Shown: positions 8,580 through 18,467 of the stretch, in pieces
How the letters are laid out: the number at the start of each line of letters is the position of its first letter
How positions within the stretch are numbered: position 1 is the stretch's first letter
Assembly: GCA_016840085.1 (NCBI GenBank)
Contig: JAEOTA010000034.1
Location: forward strand, 1-62,406
Origin: Promethearchaeota archaeon
GTDB lineage: Archaea > Asgardarchaeota > Lokiarchaeia > Sigyniarchaeales > SOKP01
DNA: 62,406 nt
Reading direction: 5' to 3'
Notes under the pieces: generated by a model
Told to the model about the DNA's origin: nothing
The model's database searches: none
Seen by the model: only the letters and a program-made list of their open reading frames with translations
Translations under genes and position numbers: made by a program

Positions 8580-11225
8580 TTAATTTGACTTAAAATTCTC
8601 AAAATTTAATCCACATTCATCATATATTTTTTCGATATACTCATTTGAAATATAAATAAAATTTCTATCTAACGAATTTAGATTATATTTTTTTAAAAAA
8701 TGGGAAATACTTTTCATTTCTTCCTTATTTGCTCGATAATTTAAAATATTTGATTCAAATTTAGATTTTATAGTTAAATATTTGTCAAGTCTTTCTAATC
8801 TATCTTTTTCTTCTTTTATAGCTAAATATTCCATCCATATTTTATGTGAATCATTGTCAATATCCAAATAAAATTGGTAATTATATGTATTTTCAATTAA
8901 AACAAATTCTTTAGATATATCTGAGAAATTAAATCTTTGGATATCTTCGATTATATCTATTGAGTAATCTGGCGAGAAATATTTTTCATTAGTAATTTTT
9001 TTAAAATATTTATGTGACATATTAAACCATTCATTTTCAAATAATTCTAAAAATTCAGAATTTATAGTATTAATATTGTTAGATTTAAGAAGAATCTTTT
9101 TTGTTATTTTTAAAAGATCATAGTCATAAATGTAATTTGAAAAATAATCATCATTTTCTTTATCATATAACTTAATAATGTAAAATTCACCTTTATTTTG
9201 TGAACTATTATTACGATTACACCGCCCAGCCACTTGAATTAAAGAGTCTAAAGGTGCAAAATCGCGTATTACCAAATCAAAATCTAAATCTACACCAGCT
9301 TCTATAACTTGAGTGCTAATTAAGATTATTTTTTTTTGACTTTTTTTAATTTCAGGGATTAAATTTTTTATTTTTTTTATCAATTCTTGGCGCTGTTTAA
9401 CCAGAATGTCACTGGATAAGAAAAAAAGCTTTATTTTATTTGAATTCTTTTTTTCATTTTTAAGAGATTTGAAAAAATCTCTAGCAGATTTTCTAGTATT
9501 TAAAACACATAGAAAACTGTTAAAATCTTTTTTACTTTCGAATAGTTTTATAAATAATTTTAATAAATTATCGCTTTCAAAATTAAAATTTTTTTTGTTA
9601 ATTTCAGGTTGAATGAAGATTTTTATACGATTTAATTGATTAAAATATTCTTCTTTATTTTCTACTAGTTCATAGGATGTGTTTGGATCAAAAATCATGG
9701 GTAATGTTGCTGATACCAAAACAACTTTCATTTTAAACTTTTTTATAAATATTAAAAATATTTCTCTTATTAAATTCCAATACTTTAACGGAAAACATTG
9801 AATTTCATCTAAAATAATTATACTGTTCATTAATTTATGAAATTTTATGTTTAACATATTACGATTATAAAATAGGGAATAAAACAATTGATGAAATGTA
9901 GTTACAACGATATCAGCATTCCATCCTTCTATTAATAATTTAGCATCTAAACCAGCACTCATTTCATCGTCTAAACCCTTATAACTCATCTCAGTTCTAT
10001 GATTATGACACAATAATTTTTCCGAAGGTTTATTAGAATCAATCTTTAATATCTGTTGGAATGTCTCATTGATTTGATCAGTAATGCTTAAAAATGGTAA
10101 GCAATAAATAATTTTAGATTGACTAAGATTGATTTTAATTAAATTATCATTGTGCTGCATTGAAGATTTATAATTTATCATTTCGGAAATACAATTAATT
10201 ACTGAAATAGTTTTACCAAAACCTGTCGGCGCATTAAAGGTTAATATTTTATTTAAATTTTCTTTGTTATATTGGTGTATTTTCATTTTAGAATCATTAA
10301 ATATTTTATTACGATTAATATTTATTGGATTTAATTTATCAATTGTATTTTTTCTAATTTCTGTAATATATTGGTCAATTTGAGGTGGCAAATTCATTAA
10401 TGTCTTGTTCTTGCCTAAATCAATTGTCCCATCAAATGCAGCATCCATTTTATCAGATTCTAAAAATATAGAATTAATGATTTTAATCAGAAGAAAGAAA
10501 AATATTTTCTTATTTGGATTTTTCTTTCTTGAAATAAATTGTTTAAAATTCCTAACAATAAAAGGATAAATTGAGTTGGTATGAATTTTTTCAGATTTAC
10601 CAGTAACCATTTTTTCGATTATTTCTTTAACCTCATCAAATATTTTTGTGAATTCAATATCACTAAAATAAGACATGTTTTTTTTCAAGAAGTTTATATA
10701 CAAGTCTTTAAGATACGTGAAATTTTCTTCTAATGAATTAATTTGCTTAGTTAAGTAGTTTTTATTTCTATAATTTGTCGTTAATTCCCCTAATTGAGAA
10801 GATAAATTATTTAAATTCATATGATGGTCTCTAACGATTGTGAACCCTGCAATTATAAACAAACTTTTTACATTTTTTATAGGGTCATCCTCAGAATACT
10901 TTTCAAAATACATAACAAGAATTACTAAAGTAAACAATGAAGAAATGAGTGAATGTGAACTTAATTTTGAACGGTCTTTTTTACCCTTACTCAATTTATT
11001 TTGAAAGTATATCGTTGCCTTTCCCAAATCATGAGAAAAACCAATAATTCTTATATAATCTCTTAAAAAATCATTATATTGTCTAATACAACTAGTATCC
11101 AAAATTATTTTGAGTGACTTTAATGAATCATTAATTACATTTGAAATATGTTTTATTAAAGACTTATCTGTATGAGAGCAAATTTCCATAGAATTAGAAG
11201 AGAACGACATTCTCAATAAATTCAT
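8580..11225 (-). CDS. cas3: Cas3 HD nuclease-helicase
   Basis: HTDKSLIKH, HDLGK and HH (HD domain), APTGFGKT, DEIQ, SAT, STQVIEAGVDLDF, QVAGRCNR. True start is possibly the MEICSH Met. Confidence 0.95.
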   Translation of the reverse strand: MNLLRMSFSSNSMEICSHTDKSLIKHISNVINDSLKSLKIILDTSCIRQYNDFLRDYIRIIGFSHDLGKATIYFQNKLSKGKKDRSKLSSHSLISSLFTLVILVMYFEKYSEDDPIKNVKSLFIIAGFTIVRDHHMNLNNLSSQLGELTTNYRNKNYLTKQINSLEENFTYLKDLYINFLKKNMSYFSDIEFTKIFDEVKEIIEKMVTGKSEKIHTNSIYPFIVRNFKQFISRKKNPNKKIFFFLLIKIINSIFLESDKMDAAFDGTIDLGKNKTLMNLPPQIDQYITEIRKNTIDKLNPININRNKIFNDSKMKIHQYNKENLNKILTFNAPTGFGKTISVINCISEMINYKSSMQHNDNLIKINLSQSKIIYCLPFLSITDQINETFQQILKIDSNKPSEKLLCHNHRTEMSYKGLDDEMSAGLDAKLLIEGWNADIVVTTFHQLFYSLFYNRNMLNIKFHKLMNSIIILDEIQCFPLKYWNLIREIFLIFIKKFKMKVVLVSATLPMIFDPNTSYELVENKEEYFNQLNRIKIFIQPEINKKNFNFESDNLLKLFIKLFESKKDFNSFLCVLNTRKSARDFFKSLKNEKKNSNKIKLFFLSSDILVKQRQELIKKIKNLIPEIKKSQKKIILISTQVIEAGVDLDFDLVIRDFAPLDSLIQVAGRCNRNNSSQNKGEFYIIKLYDKENDDYFSNYIYDYDLLKITKKILLKSNNINTINSEFLELFENEWFNMSHKYFKKITNEKYFSPDYSIDIIEDIQRFNFSDISKEFVLIENTYNYQFYLDIDNDSHKIWMEYLAIKEEKDRLERLDKYLTIKSKFESNILNYRANKEEMKSISHFLKKYNLNSLDRNFIYISNEYIEKIYDECGLNFENFKSN

Positions 11226-12006
11226 TATTTTTGTTTTTTAATTTAAAAAATTCTTTTACTATTACCTTTATGGCTTTTCCTATAGGATTGTAAATTATGT
11301 TTTCATAACTCTTAACTATTCTCGGATATTCCATTATGTTTGGAGCATTTACTTTATATAAATTTGAAAAATTAAAATTAATTGGATTGCTTTGATCCAT
11401 ATCTATCAAACAGACCGGAACTACTGAACTAATTTTGACCTCACTGCTATTATTTTCTATCTTTTTCATTTGAAAAATTTCATTAAATTTAAAATTACAT
11501 ATAAATTCACTTATCCCCAAAAAAGGAGTATAATAACTTTTATGTTCCTTAATGTGCTCTGATAACTCATTAAAGTATTTATTTGTATTTGGATAATAAA
11601 TTCTGTACTTGGGTTTTTTAAGCAATTCTAACTTAGCTTGAGTGTGAGGAGATTGCCCCAACCATGCCATCCCTAAAAAAGCAGCAGTATCAGGCTTTGG
11701 AGGTAAGTTTAATATATCCAAGAATTCTTTATTCGACTCTGGAAAATTCCTTGAGGTTCTTGCTCTTGTATTTAACCAGTTTATCCCAACATATATTTTT
11801 TCAATAGGATTCAGAATTCTAATTCCAAATTTACATTTGAACATTTCATATCGTTCTTCAAATGATAGTCCTAGTATGGCACCAATAATCCCAGTTAAAG
11901 AAGTTTTAGGAGGGAATTCGTATGTTAAAGGTGAAGATGTAGTATAGAATTTCTTAAAGAAACCGAAATCTCCTGAAATGTCAAAAGTTAAACATTCCAC
12001 CGTCAT
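11194..12006 (-). CDS. cas5: type I-B Cas5 (Cas5h/Cas5b)
   Basis: FDISGDFGFFKKFYTTSSPLTYEFPPKTSLTGIIGAILG and YTPFLGISEF. Confidence 0.93.
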   Translation of the reverse strand: MTVECLTFDISGDFGFFKKFYTTSSPLTYEFPPKTSLTGIIGAILGLSFEERYEMFKCKFGIRILNPIEKIYVGINWLNTRARTSRNFPESNKEFLDILNLPPKPDTAAFLGMAWLGQSPHTQAKLELLKKPKYRIYYPNTNKYFNELSEHIKEHKSYYTPFLGISEFICNFKFNEIFQMKKIENNSSEVKISSVVPVCLIDMDQSNPINFNFSNLYKVNAPNIMEYPRIVKSYENIIYNPIGKAIKVIVKEFFKLKNKNNEFIENVVLF

Positions 12007-12019
12007 ATTAATATAAACC

Positions 12020-12973
12020 TTAAAAATCTAAATTTTCAATGGGTATATTCTGGCTTTTCCAGTCATTAATTAGATTTAGGATATCTTTATAACCTTTGAA
12101 TTCAGTGCTTGGATGTGCTTTAATAAATATCTTTTTAATTTTAGAAACATCTTGAATAACACTCTCCTTTAATGGTCCCATATCAAATAAAAATTCTGAA
12201 ATATCACGCAATGCCAGGTCATCTACAGATTGATCCTTTTTAGAAATCTTAATTAATTTATCAATTTGTCCTATGAAATATTCTGACTCATTATATTCTA
12301 ATTTTATTAACAAACGTGGAGAATGACCAACTTTAGATCTAGATTGTAATCGCTCCGTTCCTTTCCATAATCCTTTTAGTAATAATTCTAAGTCTTCATT
12401 AGTAAGTTTAGTAATCGCACCTAATTTTTCATTAATTATTCCATAAAATCTATATAAACCATAATGAATTATATAATCATTTCTAAATGTTCGTTGCATT
12501 GCTTTTTGTTTACCAGCGAACGCACCTGTTCCTTGTAAAAGAATTGGTTCAACTTTATGAATAGATCTACCAAAATTAAATTGAACTGGACCTGTTAATT
12601 GGATAGATTTCATTTTTTCACCTAAAGGTATGGCACAACCAAAAAGCCTCACATCTATACAGTTCTCTATTAATAAATCAGCAGGATCCACATTTTCATT
12701 CTTTTCTATAAAATCTTGTGCTCTTTCTCTAGCCATTTTAATTGTACCGTCATCTTTTTCAAATTCGTCAATTAATATGACTTGATTTTCGTAATCTCTT
12801 AAATAATCTCTTATGGTTCTTTTTAATCGAACATCTGTTACAATTCCTAAGCCTGTCTCCTCATCAATTCGAGGTTTATTCTCTGCTAATGGATCTCCAT
12901 TTGGATTATTGTCTCTAACATCGTAAAAAAAAGCCAATTCAGCACGATTTTCGATCAATTTATTTTTACTCAT
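12020..12973 (-). CDS. cas7: type I-B Cas7 (Csh2)
   Basis: NPNGDPL.ENKPRID, VTDVRLKRTIRDY, DVRLFG, LTGPVQF, SRSKVGHSPRL. Confidence 0.95.
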   Translation of the reverse strand: MSKNKLIENRAELAFFYDVRDNNPNGDPLAENKPRIDEETGLGIVTDVRLKRTIRDYLRDYENQVILIDEFEKDDGTIKMARERAQDFIEKNENVDPADLLIENCIDVRLFGCAIPLGEKMKSIQLTGPVQFNFGRSIHKVEPILLQGTGAFAGKQKAMQRTFRNDYIIHYGLYRFYGIINEKLGAITKLTNEDLELLLKGLWKGTERLQSRSKVGHSPRLLIKLEYNESEYFIGQIDKLIKISKKDQSVDDLALRDISEFLFDMGPLKESVIQDVSKIKKIFIKAHPSTEFKGYKDILNLINDWKSQNIPIENLDF

Positions 12974-13409
12974 TTTGTTCTTCCTCTTTTTTTTGCAATT
13001 TAAAATATTTATATGATGATAATCCGTGAGTAAAATACCAACTGAGTTCTATATTGGATAAATCCCATTTCGAACCTGCATCTTGAAGATATATTGATAT
13101 TTCACTTACTAGATTTGAATAAGGCCTTTGTAGGAGTTTCAATTTATTTACAACTTTTGGAAATAGCTCTAGAAGAATCCGATTATCTACTCGGAGATTA
13201 TGTAAGGAACTCCAAAAAGCCTCATTACCTTTCTTTTTAGGGTTCTGAACTCTCTGAACTTCAAGTAATAACCCTATTAGTACCCCCTCAAGAAAAACTG
13301 CTTTAGAAGGGATATTGATAAAAAAATCACTATACTTTTCAAAATATTGATTTATTTTATCTCTATAATTATCTTTTTTGCCTTTTTCATTATTAGATAT
13401 TTTTCTCAC
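12966..13409 (-). CDS. cas11: Cas11b-like small subunit (C-terminal part of Cas8b, in a separate frame)
   Basis: Helical protein with KAVFLEGVLIGLLLEVQ, F...L..L and YFTHGLS, which correspond to the C-terminal domain of TM1802/Csh1-type Cas8b. Start codon uncertain (GTG 13409). Confidence 0.75.
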   Translation of the reverse strand: MRKISNNEKGKKDNYRDKINQYFEKYSDFFINIPSKAVFLEGVLIGLLLEVQRVQNPKKKGNEAFWSSLHNLRVDNRILLELFPKVVNKLKLLQRPYSNLVSEISIYLQDAGSKWDLSNIELSWYFTHGLSSYKYFKLQKKEEEQNE

Positions 13410-14919
13410 CTTTGAAGATTAATTGATTTAATTTCTTAAATAAAAGTACGATAGGAATAAAATCCTTTATATTATAACTAACATTAATCGTACAAGAATT
13501 ATTTAAATATAAATTATTTTTCAATTTTTTAAAGAAAAATGTTAGAAATCTCTTAAAAGTTATATTTCTTCCTGTAAATAATATCCATAATGTTTGCAAA
13601 TATCGATCTCGATCAAAGTATTTTAATCTTTTATCATAAAATAAATTTTTTAAATTTTGGAACGAAAAAATCATTGGAAATTTATTGGCGTTAATTCCTG
13701 GAAATAATGGATGTGTATCAAAATCATCAACATTTTTTATTTCTTCATTAATTTTTCGAATTCTACTGGGAGAAATGTCCTGTATATGTAATAATATATT
13801 AAAAACAGACTTACCAGGACCAGTTAATTCATAAAATAAAAAATTAAAAACCATTGAATCCTTAAAGTCAGAAAGAATGTCTAAAATTAATTCCTCTCCT
13901 TGAGATAATTGCTCGTAAGTAATCTTCTTTGTAAGTAATTTATTTTTTATATTATTAAACTCATATAAAAACTCCATCATATTAGCTCCGGAGAATAGCA
14001 TTCGAGGTATTAAATGAAAACTAATTCCTCCTAGCTTAAAGTCAAATTGTTTCTTAAGTACGGCTCTCCCTATAAGTGCAAATAACGCACACTTCTCACA
14101 TACAGGATAATTTAAATATACTAATTTTTTATCAAATCCTCCAGCGATATACCCTCTTTTATCTGATGTATAGAAAGTAAAAGGTGAAAAGTTCCCTGAG
14201 ATTAATTTTTCAGACTTAGTATCGTGGCATAAACTGCAAACATTGATTTCTTTCACTTTTTTAAAGAGATAATCATTTATCAATTTTTCTTTAAAAACTT
14301 CAACGATTTCTTCTATTAAAGATGGTAATTTATTATCAATTTTAATACTTAAGACCGAGTTGACACTTGTACTAATGGCTTTTTCGTCATCAAATATTTC
14401 TAATTGTCTTTCTACTAACTGTTGTTTAACTTTTAGCAAATTCTTATCTAAAACTTTATTTATTTTAGATAAGAGTGTAAATTGTTGATACTTCTTGTTC
14501 TTCTCAAATTTATTGAAATATTTCTTAATATTTTTTAACGCACCATCAATACCTTTTTCTATTTTCTGCCGTGAACTTTCATCTCTTTTTCCTTTTGGAA
14601 CAATTTTCAACGTAGGTGTACTATATGCGCCTCCTCTGGCAGGAAAATTTAAAACTTTGTCATCGAAATTCTTTTTATAGACTTCTTGACTAATTTTAAC
14701 GAATTTTATTGCCTTATTTTGTTTCTTGAATTCTATAAAAAATATGTTTGGAAATTTGAAATCTTTATCTTTTTTAGCCAAAAAATTATCCATGTCAAAA
14801 GGAGGACTTGAAAAATATTGCACTAAATCTTTAAAATCTAACTCATTAACCTCTCCAAAGTTAATATTTTTTTCAATAGCAACAAATGCTTTTCCTAAAT
14901 TTACAATACTATCGATCAT
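13393..14919 (-). CDS. cas8b: type I-B large subunit Cas8b (TM1802/Csh1-type), lacking the C-terminal Cas11 portion
   Basis: MIDSIVNLG N-terminus, CSLC...FTFYTSDKRGYIAGGF...NYPVCEKC Zn motif, FHLIP. Lies upstream of cas7/cas5/cas3. Confidence 0.88.
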   Translation of the reverse strand: MIDSIVNLGKAFVAIEKNINFGEVNELDFKDLVQYFSSPPFDMDNFLAKKDKDFKFPNIFFIEFKKQNKAIKFVKISQEVYKKNFDDKVLNFPARGGAYSTPTLKIVPKGKRDESSRQKIEKGIDGALKNIKKYFNKFEKNKKYQQFTLLSKINKVLDKNLLKVKQQLVERQLEIFDDEKAISTSVNSVLSIKIDNKLPSLIEEIVEVFKEKLINDYLFKKVKEINVCSLCHDTKSEKLISGNFSPFTFYTSDKRGYIAGGFDKKLVYLNYPVCEKCALFALIGRAVLKKQFDFKLGGISFHLIPRMLFSGANMMEFLYEFNNIKNKLLTKKITYEQLSQGEELILDILSDFKDSMVFNFLFYELTGPGKSVFNILLHIQDISPSRIRKINEEIKNVDDFDTHPLFPGINANKFPMIFSFQNLKNLFYDKRLKYFDRDRYLQTLWILFTGRNITFKRFLTFFFKKLKNNLYLNNSCTINVSYNIKDFIPIVLLFKKLNQLIFKGEKNI

Positions 14920-15080
14920 AGTTAAAAGATAATTGTTATTATTGACTTTTGAAGAATTTTAATTTCTTCAAAGGATTCAATATCTTTTGTTTGAACAAAT
15001 ATTTGTTAATGGTATTTATATTTATTTTTCTTATTTAAAACTTTAGGACTTAATATACTTAATAATTTTTTAATTTTATA

Positions 15081-16250
15081 TCAATTAAGTGCAAAAATTT
15101 CTGTATTTACATACTGTTGTCTATAAAGAAAATATGAGAATTCTTCGATTTTCCCGTGTTCTAAGTAGATTTTTTCGGGATTACAATTTTCAACAAATTT
15201 TTCTAATTCATTGAAGTCGCAATGGTCGCTAAACGGAATATATTTATCAGCGGGAAATTCTCTGCGGAACGATTCGTTCAAAACTTTTCCTGAAAGATAA
15301 ATTATTTTTGCACCCGTTGTAATTAAACTTTTATAAGGGTCGTTAAACATATAATAAGGGGGGATGAGAAGGATATAGTCGTTAAAATTTATTAACTGCT
15401 TTTTATTATAATTTCTGTAAGGCTCCCATTTATTAAATATAATCCCTTGATTTTCTAAAATCTTGGTTAATTTGGCAATATTTTTATCGAGTAGAATTCT
15501 ATGAGATGAACTTAAAGTGTTTAAAATAATTTGGCTTTTACCAAAGGCATACCCTAAAAGAATGACTGGATGCCCTTTAGATATTTCTTTTTCTATGTGT
15601 TCATTTAAATCTTTTTGAATTTCTTGAGATCTAGGAAAAATAAAATTTGGAGCCCCAAATGTGCACTCCATAATTAAGCGATCACATTTAATCGGCTTTA
15701 ACCCTTTAATAACTCGTTGTCCATTAAGTAATGCACGATCTTCGGTAATAAAATCACTTGTATAAAGAATTTTCTCAGAACCCTCAATGAATAAGCTCAA
15801 AGAGCCATAAGTATGTCCATTCTCTAGTAATGTCAATGAAATTCCATTGTAATCAACTGATTGAGGATAGTTTTTATCTCTTCCAAGTAACCATGAACTT
15901 TCAGGTAAATTAAATTTTCCTCTTGAGCGAACTTTTGCTATTTCTTTTGTAATTTTAGAGCAGAGATATTTTGGTTGAGATTCTTTATTTTCCAAATCTT
16001 TTGAGATTTCTTCTGGAATGTTTGGAATATGATCCATGTGAGCATGTGATACAAAAATAATATCGGCGTTAGGGTTCAAATGGTCTATAGCAATATTAAC
16101 CCCGTCAATGTAAATATTAATTCCAAAATTTTTATCATAACCAATGTCAATACTTTTATTTCTATATTTAGACTCTTGTGTTCTGCTCTGAAGGTTATTC
16201 ACAAACGCTTTAAATTTTTTGAGTGGACTGGATTCAAAATTATTTTTCAT
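15081..16250 (-). CDS. metallo-beta-lactamase / beta-CASP nuclease inside the cas operon
   Basis: All motifs present: IAID, SHAHMDH, NGHTYGS, YTSDF, MECTFG.P, GYAFGKSQ, FSDHCDF and LEHG. Starts 22 nt after the cas4 stop. Confidence 0.9.
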   Translation of the reverse strand: MKNNFESSPLKKFKAFVNNLQSRTQESKYRNKSIDIGYDKNFGINIYIDGVNIAIDHLNPNADIIFVSHAHMDHIPNIPEEISKDLENKESQPKYLCSKITKEIAKVRSRGKFNLPESSWLLGRDKNYPQSVDYNGISLTLLENGHTYGSLSLFIEGSEKILYTSDFITEDRALLNGQRVIKGLKPIKCDRLIMECTFGAPNFIFPRSQEIQKDLNEHIEKEISKGHPVILLGYAFGKSQIILNTLSSSHRILLDKNIAKLTKILENQGIIFNKWEPYRNYNKKQLINFNDYILLIPPYYMFNDPYKSLITTGAKIIYLSGKVLNESFRREFPADKYIPFSDHCDFNELEKFVENCNPEKIYLEHGKIEEFSYFLYRQQYVNTEIFALN

Positions 16251-16272
16251 AATATAATCATATCTTCTGTAA

Positions 16273-16962
16273 TTATCCTCTTAAACAATAATTTCGGCAT
16301 TCACAATCAATACATTTCCCTTTATCTCTCGTTGGATTGGGCATTTTTTCAGACGCTAATAATTTTTTAATTTGCTCAATTATATTCATAACTTTTAGCT
16401 TATCTTCTATTCCAATTAGATAATCGACTACTTTACCGTGTTTGGAATAATATACGCGCACTTTTTTAACTAAAAAATCAAAATTCTTTTCAATTAAAAT
16501 TGCTTGAGCAGTTACTTGATATTTATGGGGATTATCAATGCCCTCAGGTGGAATGTTTCCTGATTTTATTTCCACTGGATATGCTTCTTTTCCATCGAAT
16601 TCAAAATAATCGATTAAACCAACTAAACCAAGCTCAGAGTCTGTTAAGTAAACATTGTAATATTTTTGAGCGTAGCCATCTTTCGATTTATTTGCCATTT
16701 TCTGAAGCTTTTCGTGTTTTTTGGCTCCAAATTCCATTTTATAAGTCTGTTTCATAGGGGAATGGAGTATATATCTAAAAAATATAATCCTTTTACAGTA
16801 GGAAAATTGCCTCACTTCTTCCGTGCCAATGAATGGTCTATCATAAAGATTGATCCATGGGTTATTTTTTCTTATTTCGTTTAATTGATGCTTATTTAAT
16901 CTAAACTGTTTTAAATCGATTATATTTTCCTTTTGAACTTTATTTTCCATATATTCTTTCAC
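16273..16962 (-). CDS. cas4: Cas4 nuclease
   Basis: FSYCKR, G...H, GLIDY, PVEIK, QVTAQA and C-terminal CIDCECRNYC (4Fe-4S ligands). Confidence 0.93.
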   Translation of the reverse strand: MKEYMENKVQKENIIDLKQFRLNKHQLNEIRKNNPWINLYDRPFIGTEEVRQFSYCKRIIFFRYILHSPMKQTYKMEFGAKKHEKLQKMANKSKDGYAQKYYNVYLTDSELGLVGLIDYFEFDGKEAYPVEIKSGNIPPEGIDNPHKYQVTAQAILIEKNFDFLVKKVRVYYSKHGKVVDYLIGIEDKLKVMNIIEQIKKLLASEKMPNPTRDKGKCIDCECRNYCLRG

Positions 16963-16997
16963 TTAATTGTTTATTATGATTGAAAATGCACATTTAA

Positions 16998-17300
16998 TTA
17001 CATTGAAAGTATATCTTCGATAATTTTATATCCCTCTCCGAACTTAGACTTAACAGTTATGACTTTTGAATGGCATTTTTCGCAAATCGGGATTATCCGA
17101 ACATCCCCGGGCACATCTTTAAGGAGCTTTTTTAACCTCAATGCAATTTCTTCTGCACGATTAAATGTTAGCTCGCCGAAAAAAACCGAATAATTGAGAC
17201 GAATTAGATTATAAGACAATAACATGTTCGAAATTTTTGTCCGAAACAGATCAAATTCAACAGGTATATCATAAATAATTATAAATCTCGTTAAATTCAC
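16998..17300 (-). CDS. cas2: Cas2
   Basis: IIIYDIP, RLNYSVFFGEL, DVRIIPICEKC. Lies between cas1 and cas4. Confidence 0.92.
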   Translation of the reverse strand: MNLTRFIIIYDIPVEFDLFRTKISNMLLSYNLIRLNYSVFFGELTFNRAEEIALRLKKLLKDVPGDVRIIPICEKCHSKVITVKSKFGEGYKIIEDILSM

Positions 17301-17355
17301 CTATTTTTTTTAATTTCTGATTTATTATTTTTAATTTTATTTTTCTTATTTCAAA

Positions 17356-18435
17356 CTACCAATTCATAATAAATGGCTCATAGCTTGATGATGCCCCTAT
17401 CAAGTAATTTGCTAATTTTCTCGCTTGTCGAACCATTTCTTTTTTGTAATTTAATTTTACAGTTTTTCCTTTTTCGCTTTTTTCATGGGGTTTTTCAAAT
17501 AATTCTTCCGACTTGCTACCACCCATAATCTCCTTCCGTAATTCGTTATAGTAAAAGGATTTTTTGTCATCACTTAATCGATAGCCCTGTAAAGTGTTTT
17601 CAAAATCGTCTACTTTGAATTGTCCTTTCTGGATTAACCGGGCAACTAATCTATCAATAACAGGCTGTCGGAATTCTTCAAGCAAGTCCAAAGCTAAAGA
17701 AGGCTTACCGGAGCGGTCACTGTGTAAAAATCCGCCATATAATTCTAATCCTGCTGCCGCAATTGAGGTTGTAATATGGCCTTGAAGTACCGTATAGCCT
17801 AACGATAATAATGAATTCATTGGATCTTTTGGAGGACGCCTTGTTCTCGTAAAAATTTTAAATTCTTTAGGAAATAAATTCCTGTATTCTAAAAAATATG
17901 TTGCCGTTGCCTTTCCTTCTAATCCCATTAACTCCATTCGAATATTATAGACTTTTTTGCCTTTCGCAAAATGCTTTGAGAATCGTAATAACGAGTCCCT
18001 CATCCTTCCAATATGTCTCGAGGCTGCCTTTAAACGCATATATTTCTTAGGATTTGATTGCTTTCGATTTTTAGCAAAATAAAGCAATAATCGCCGTTTA
18101 TTTTCTATCGCAGCATATACAAATTGAGACGCCAAATGACAGCCACGCCAATCTTCATAGGCTAATAACTGTTGCCTTCTCGTAAAAACTGTACCTACAT
18201 TCGCAAACGGTGTGTATAAGCCATAAGGTTTTCCTAACGATGTATAAACTATATTTACGGCGTAAAAAGATAGCGAATGTAGAGCTTGTGAGGTAATTTG
18301 GACTCCGTTCCCTACGATAATACTTTCAACCTCTCGTAAAGGAACTTCAATAGGGTTTTTATCAGGAACGGAAACTTTTAACATTTCTTGTTTTTTTCCA
18401 ACCCTTGTCCCTGGTGTTTCTAAAATTATATCCAA
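17356..18435 (-). CDS. cas1: Cas1 integrase
   Basis: LMGLEGKATATYF, RRPPKDPMNSLLSLGY, GFLH...SLALDLLEEFRQPVID. TTG start with upstream GGAGG. Confidence 0.96.
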   Translation of the reverse strand: MDIILETPGTRVGKKQEMLKVSVPDKNPIEVPLREVESIIVGNGVQITSQALHSLSFYAVNIVYTSLGKPYGLYTPFANVGTVFTRRQQLLAYEDWRGCHLASQFVYAAIENKRRLLLYFAKNRKQSNPKKYMRLKAASRHIGRMRDSLLRFSKHFAKGKKVYNIRMELMGLEGKATATYFLEYRNLFPKEFKIFTRTRRPPKDPMNSLLSLGYTVLQGHITTSIAAAGLELYGGFLHSDRSGKPSLALDLLEEFRQPVIDRLVARLIQKGQFKVDDFENTLQGYRLSDDKKSFYYNELRKEIMGGSKSEELFEKPHEKSEKGKTVKLNYKKEMVRQARKLANYLIGASSSYEPFIMNW

Positions 18436-18467
18436 TCCATTCCAACCTCCTTTCTTAATTATTTTTT

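Noticed and set aside
15081-16250. Type VII CRISPR (Cas14 beta-CASP effector)
   Set aside because: The protein is short with no Cas14-type C-terminal domain, and the locus has Cas3, Cas8b and Csh2-type Cas7, which makes it type I-B.
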